64,000 bases of DNA, from NCBI RefSeq assembly GCF_009914755.1, contig NC_060944.1, one strand, 5' to 3'. The stretch's first letter is position 1. Each line of letters begins with the position of its first letter. This document shows positions 60,922 through 64,000 of this stretch, one piece after another. This DNA is from the human T2T-CHM13v2.0 reference genome, Homo sapiens. The notes beneath the pieces are model-generated. The model ran no database searches and was not told where the DNA came from. It saw nothing but the letters and a program-made list of their open reading frames with translations. Made by a program: the position numbers and the translations under genes.

Positions 60922-63325
60922 CCCCCCTTCTCTCGGCCCTGCCTTCCTAGCCCTGGGCCAGGCTCTGAGAGGATGGGGATTAATAGACAGACAAGGCGTC
61001 TCTGCCCTGAGGAACTTATGGTCTGACAAGAAGACAAGCCTACAATTATGAGAGACTGTGTGACACTCTGTAATTAAGCGTCTGCTGAGGAAAAGCATTG
61101 TCTGAGAAGGAAGAAGTGAGCATGAGCCAGAGGAAACAAGAGCCCTTTGAGGGGAGCTGGATTTGCAGAGGCAGAGGGTGGTGCCGACATTCCAGGGAGG
61201 TGGGTGCAGAGGGCATGGCTGGATGATAAGTGTGCATTTAGGGAAACAGCAGTATGCTAGTTTTGCTGAGGCATCAGGGCTCTGGCTGGAAAATCTGGGT
61301 GGAGCCAGGAGGTTGTAGGCAGTGTTAAACAGCTGAAAAGCAGAGGCACTGGGGAGGCATGGAAGGTTTTAGAGCAGAGGTAGCACAACTGGAAGACTTT
61401 CCAGAGGATGAATCAGGCTGGGTAAATTGGAATGAATAAAAATCACAACAGGGAGGAGGCTTTGCAGGCATCCAGATGACACAAGAGGGTGAGGTTTGGG
61501 TGGGGCCCATGGGAGTGGGAAGAGCCAATTGGGGTAGCAGAGGATGCTGTGCTCCCTTAGGAAAGCTTGGCCAGCGCTCTGATGGGCCAGAAGGGAAAAT
61601 GTTGGGTGTTGCTGGTTTGGGGCAGGAAGTAGCAGTCTGAGCACATTTCTTGTACACCTGCTGTTTGCCTGGCTCTGCGCCAGGGGCTCCACAAGGGCGC
61701 TCATGAAATCTGTACAATAAGCCAGAGGCAGATGGACTTCCCATCCCTGTTTTGCAGATAAGGAAAAGGTAGCTCAGGCCCAAGGCCAACTGTCTCCAAA
61801 CCGTGTCTCTTCCCACAGCTCAGCTCTGCTTCTTGGAAAGGGAACTCCTGCTTTTAGGGTCCCAAGGGGCTGAGCCTTCTTTCCCTTTAATTAGGAGCAA
61901 GCACATTTATCCTAAAAGCCCACAAATCTTGCTTTCTAAGGATCCTGAAGGTCAGGGTGCCAGTTTAGAATTCCTTAAAGGTGGAAGAGTCAGAGGAGCT
62001 AGGGACCCTCACACAAGCAGTTTTACACACTGGACTGTGAGAAGGTTCCGGAGTTGTGCTGTGTATATGTCCAGTCTGATAGTAGGCATGTCCACCACTG
62101 GGTCTGTTGGAATTCTCAGCCAGCCCCCACCAGAGAGGGGCCCAGCCAACGCAATCAGTCACCCACAAAGGCGGGAAGGGACTTGTCTCCAAGGTGCCTT
62201 GCACAGGAGAGCCAAGTGACGGAGGCTAGGACTCATTTCTCAGGCTGCAGCCAGGAATCCCCAGTGGGCAGAGGGAAAGGGAAGGGGACTAGTGCTTACA
62301 CAGTGGCTACCATGGGAGGCAGCAGTGGTTGGTCCCAGTGTACAGCCAGGAAATTGATGGCTTGGCCGAGGCCTCCCAGCCAATCATTCTCTCTGTGTGC
62401 AGCCCACACTCCTCTGAACACAAACTTGGTCATGAGGCAGAGCAACCACATGGCAGGCACAGCCTCCAGGTGCCCCTCACCCTGCTGGTCCCTTGCCTCC
62501 AGCAAACACCCAGCATCTGTATGCCAGTTTGCTTTGGCAGATACTCTGAGCCCAGTGGTATGCAGGGTACGATTGTAACTGTAACCGTGTTCGTCATACC
62601 AAAATCTGGACAAAGGTTTTGAGAGATTTTTTGCTCCTTTGGAACAGAGGTGGCCTGAGAAATGCTATTTGGACTTTGGAACAGTGGACTAGAGTGACCT
62701 ATGCTGTCCCTTTCCATTGTAGTAATTCATTTGATGACCATCTGGAGCCAGTTGCTTTCTCGTAAATTTGCTCATTCTCCCGTATATTCATTCTTTTTGT
62801 TTTGTTTCAGCACGTTGGTTCTGGATCTTTAATATTTGTTTAGTTTGTTTTGATTTGCAGAGCACTTTCATACACATTATCTCAGTAGATCTTTATCCAA
62901 CTTTGGAAAGTATTACTATTCTTATCATCCTTGTTTTTCAGAAGAGGAAACTGAGGTTCACTGGTAGAAAGAGGCTTGACCAAGCTCACTGTGGCTGAGC
63001 TACTTATTCAATAAATATTTATTAAGTGCTGCTCTGTGCCTGGCAGTGAGCTGGCCCTGGGGAAACACTGACAGACAGAGCTGCCTTAAAGACTTAGTTT
63101 CTGACCTCCCAGAGTCTGCAGCAGCAGCACACCGAGATCTAGCCAGGATCCACCCCAGGCTCCTAACCTGCATCCTGGGCCCTCTCCACTTCAGGTCCCT
63201 GTAGTTTGGGCCTGTGGCTTAGGTCTAGACTGTTGCAGCCCGTGAGCCCTTATCCTGGAGCATCTTGGTATAAAGCAAGCCAAGGCATAAGTCTCTGCAA
63301 ACCGAACTTCAAAAGTAACAAAAGA

Positions 63326-63741
<416 letters not shown>

Positions 63742-64000
63742 CTAAGATCCTTGTGTGAATTTTCTGCAGCCTCCAAATATTTGATTACACTCTGCACAGG
63801 TGTGGAGCTCTATGGCCATGTGCTGAGCTGGGGACCCTCCCCACCTCCTTTAATATTAAATGAGATGAAATAAAGTAAGGTCCTAGGATAGCAGGTCTGA
63901 AAAGGACTCTGGCCCAGCCCCTTCCTTTCCCATGAGTAGGAACTAAATCTCGGAGGAAAGGGACTTGCCAGGATCCCATACTGAGAGACCTTCCTTCCCC

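Noticed and set aside
60558-61098. ER-rich and LS-rich ORFs
   Set aside because: Translations of the (CT)n microsatellite.

Overview
Primate (almost certainly human) genomic DNA, GC-rich and very Alu-dense, lying inside the DLGAP4 (SAPAP4/GKAP family postsynaptic scaffold) gene on the + strand. Five consecutive coding exons can be assembled from GT-AG boundaries with consistent phases: 25506-26576 (ATG at 25578), 29969-30210, 33612-33726, 36585-36635 and 40555-40795. Together they give 549 codons + 1 nt, including the RxxSYxxA PSD-95 GK-binding repeats. A CpG island at about 54.95-55.8 kb is an internal promoter. It has a non-coding donor at 55372 and an alternative coding first exon (MALCLELLKQ, 56432-56462) whose phase matches exon 40555-40795. 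The rest is intron: Alus, MIR, L2, old L1, MaLR/ERVL LTRs, hAT MERs and microsatellites. Nearly all ORFs in the supplied track are Alu or GC-content artefacts. I see no evidence of a wholly new biological system. The best unexplained signals are (i) a ~1.1 kb degenerate ~17-bp GC-box/5'-splice-site array behind an exonic CpG island, (ii) a 119-bp templated copy of an L2 segment inserted into an LTR with asymmetric CpG loss, (iii) a MIR-bearing fragment captured inside a younger Alu, (iv) a predicted 5'UTR intron that removes the only uORF of the short isoform, and (v) inverted Alus bracketing the AUG exon. Repeat boundaries and subfamilies were called by eye and are approximate.
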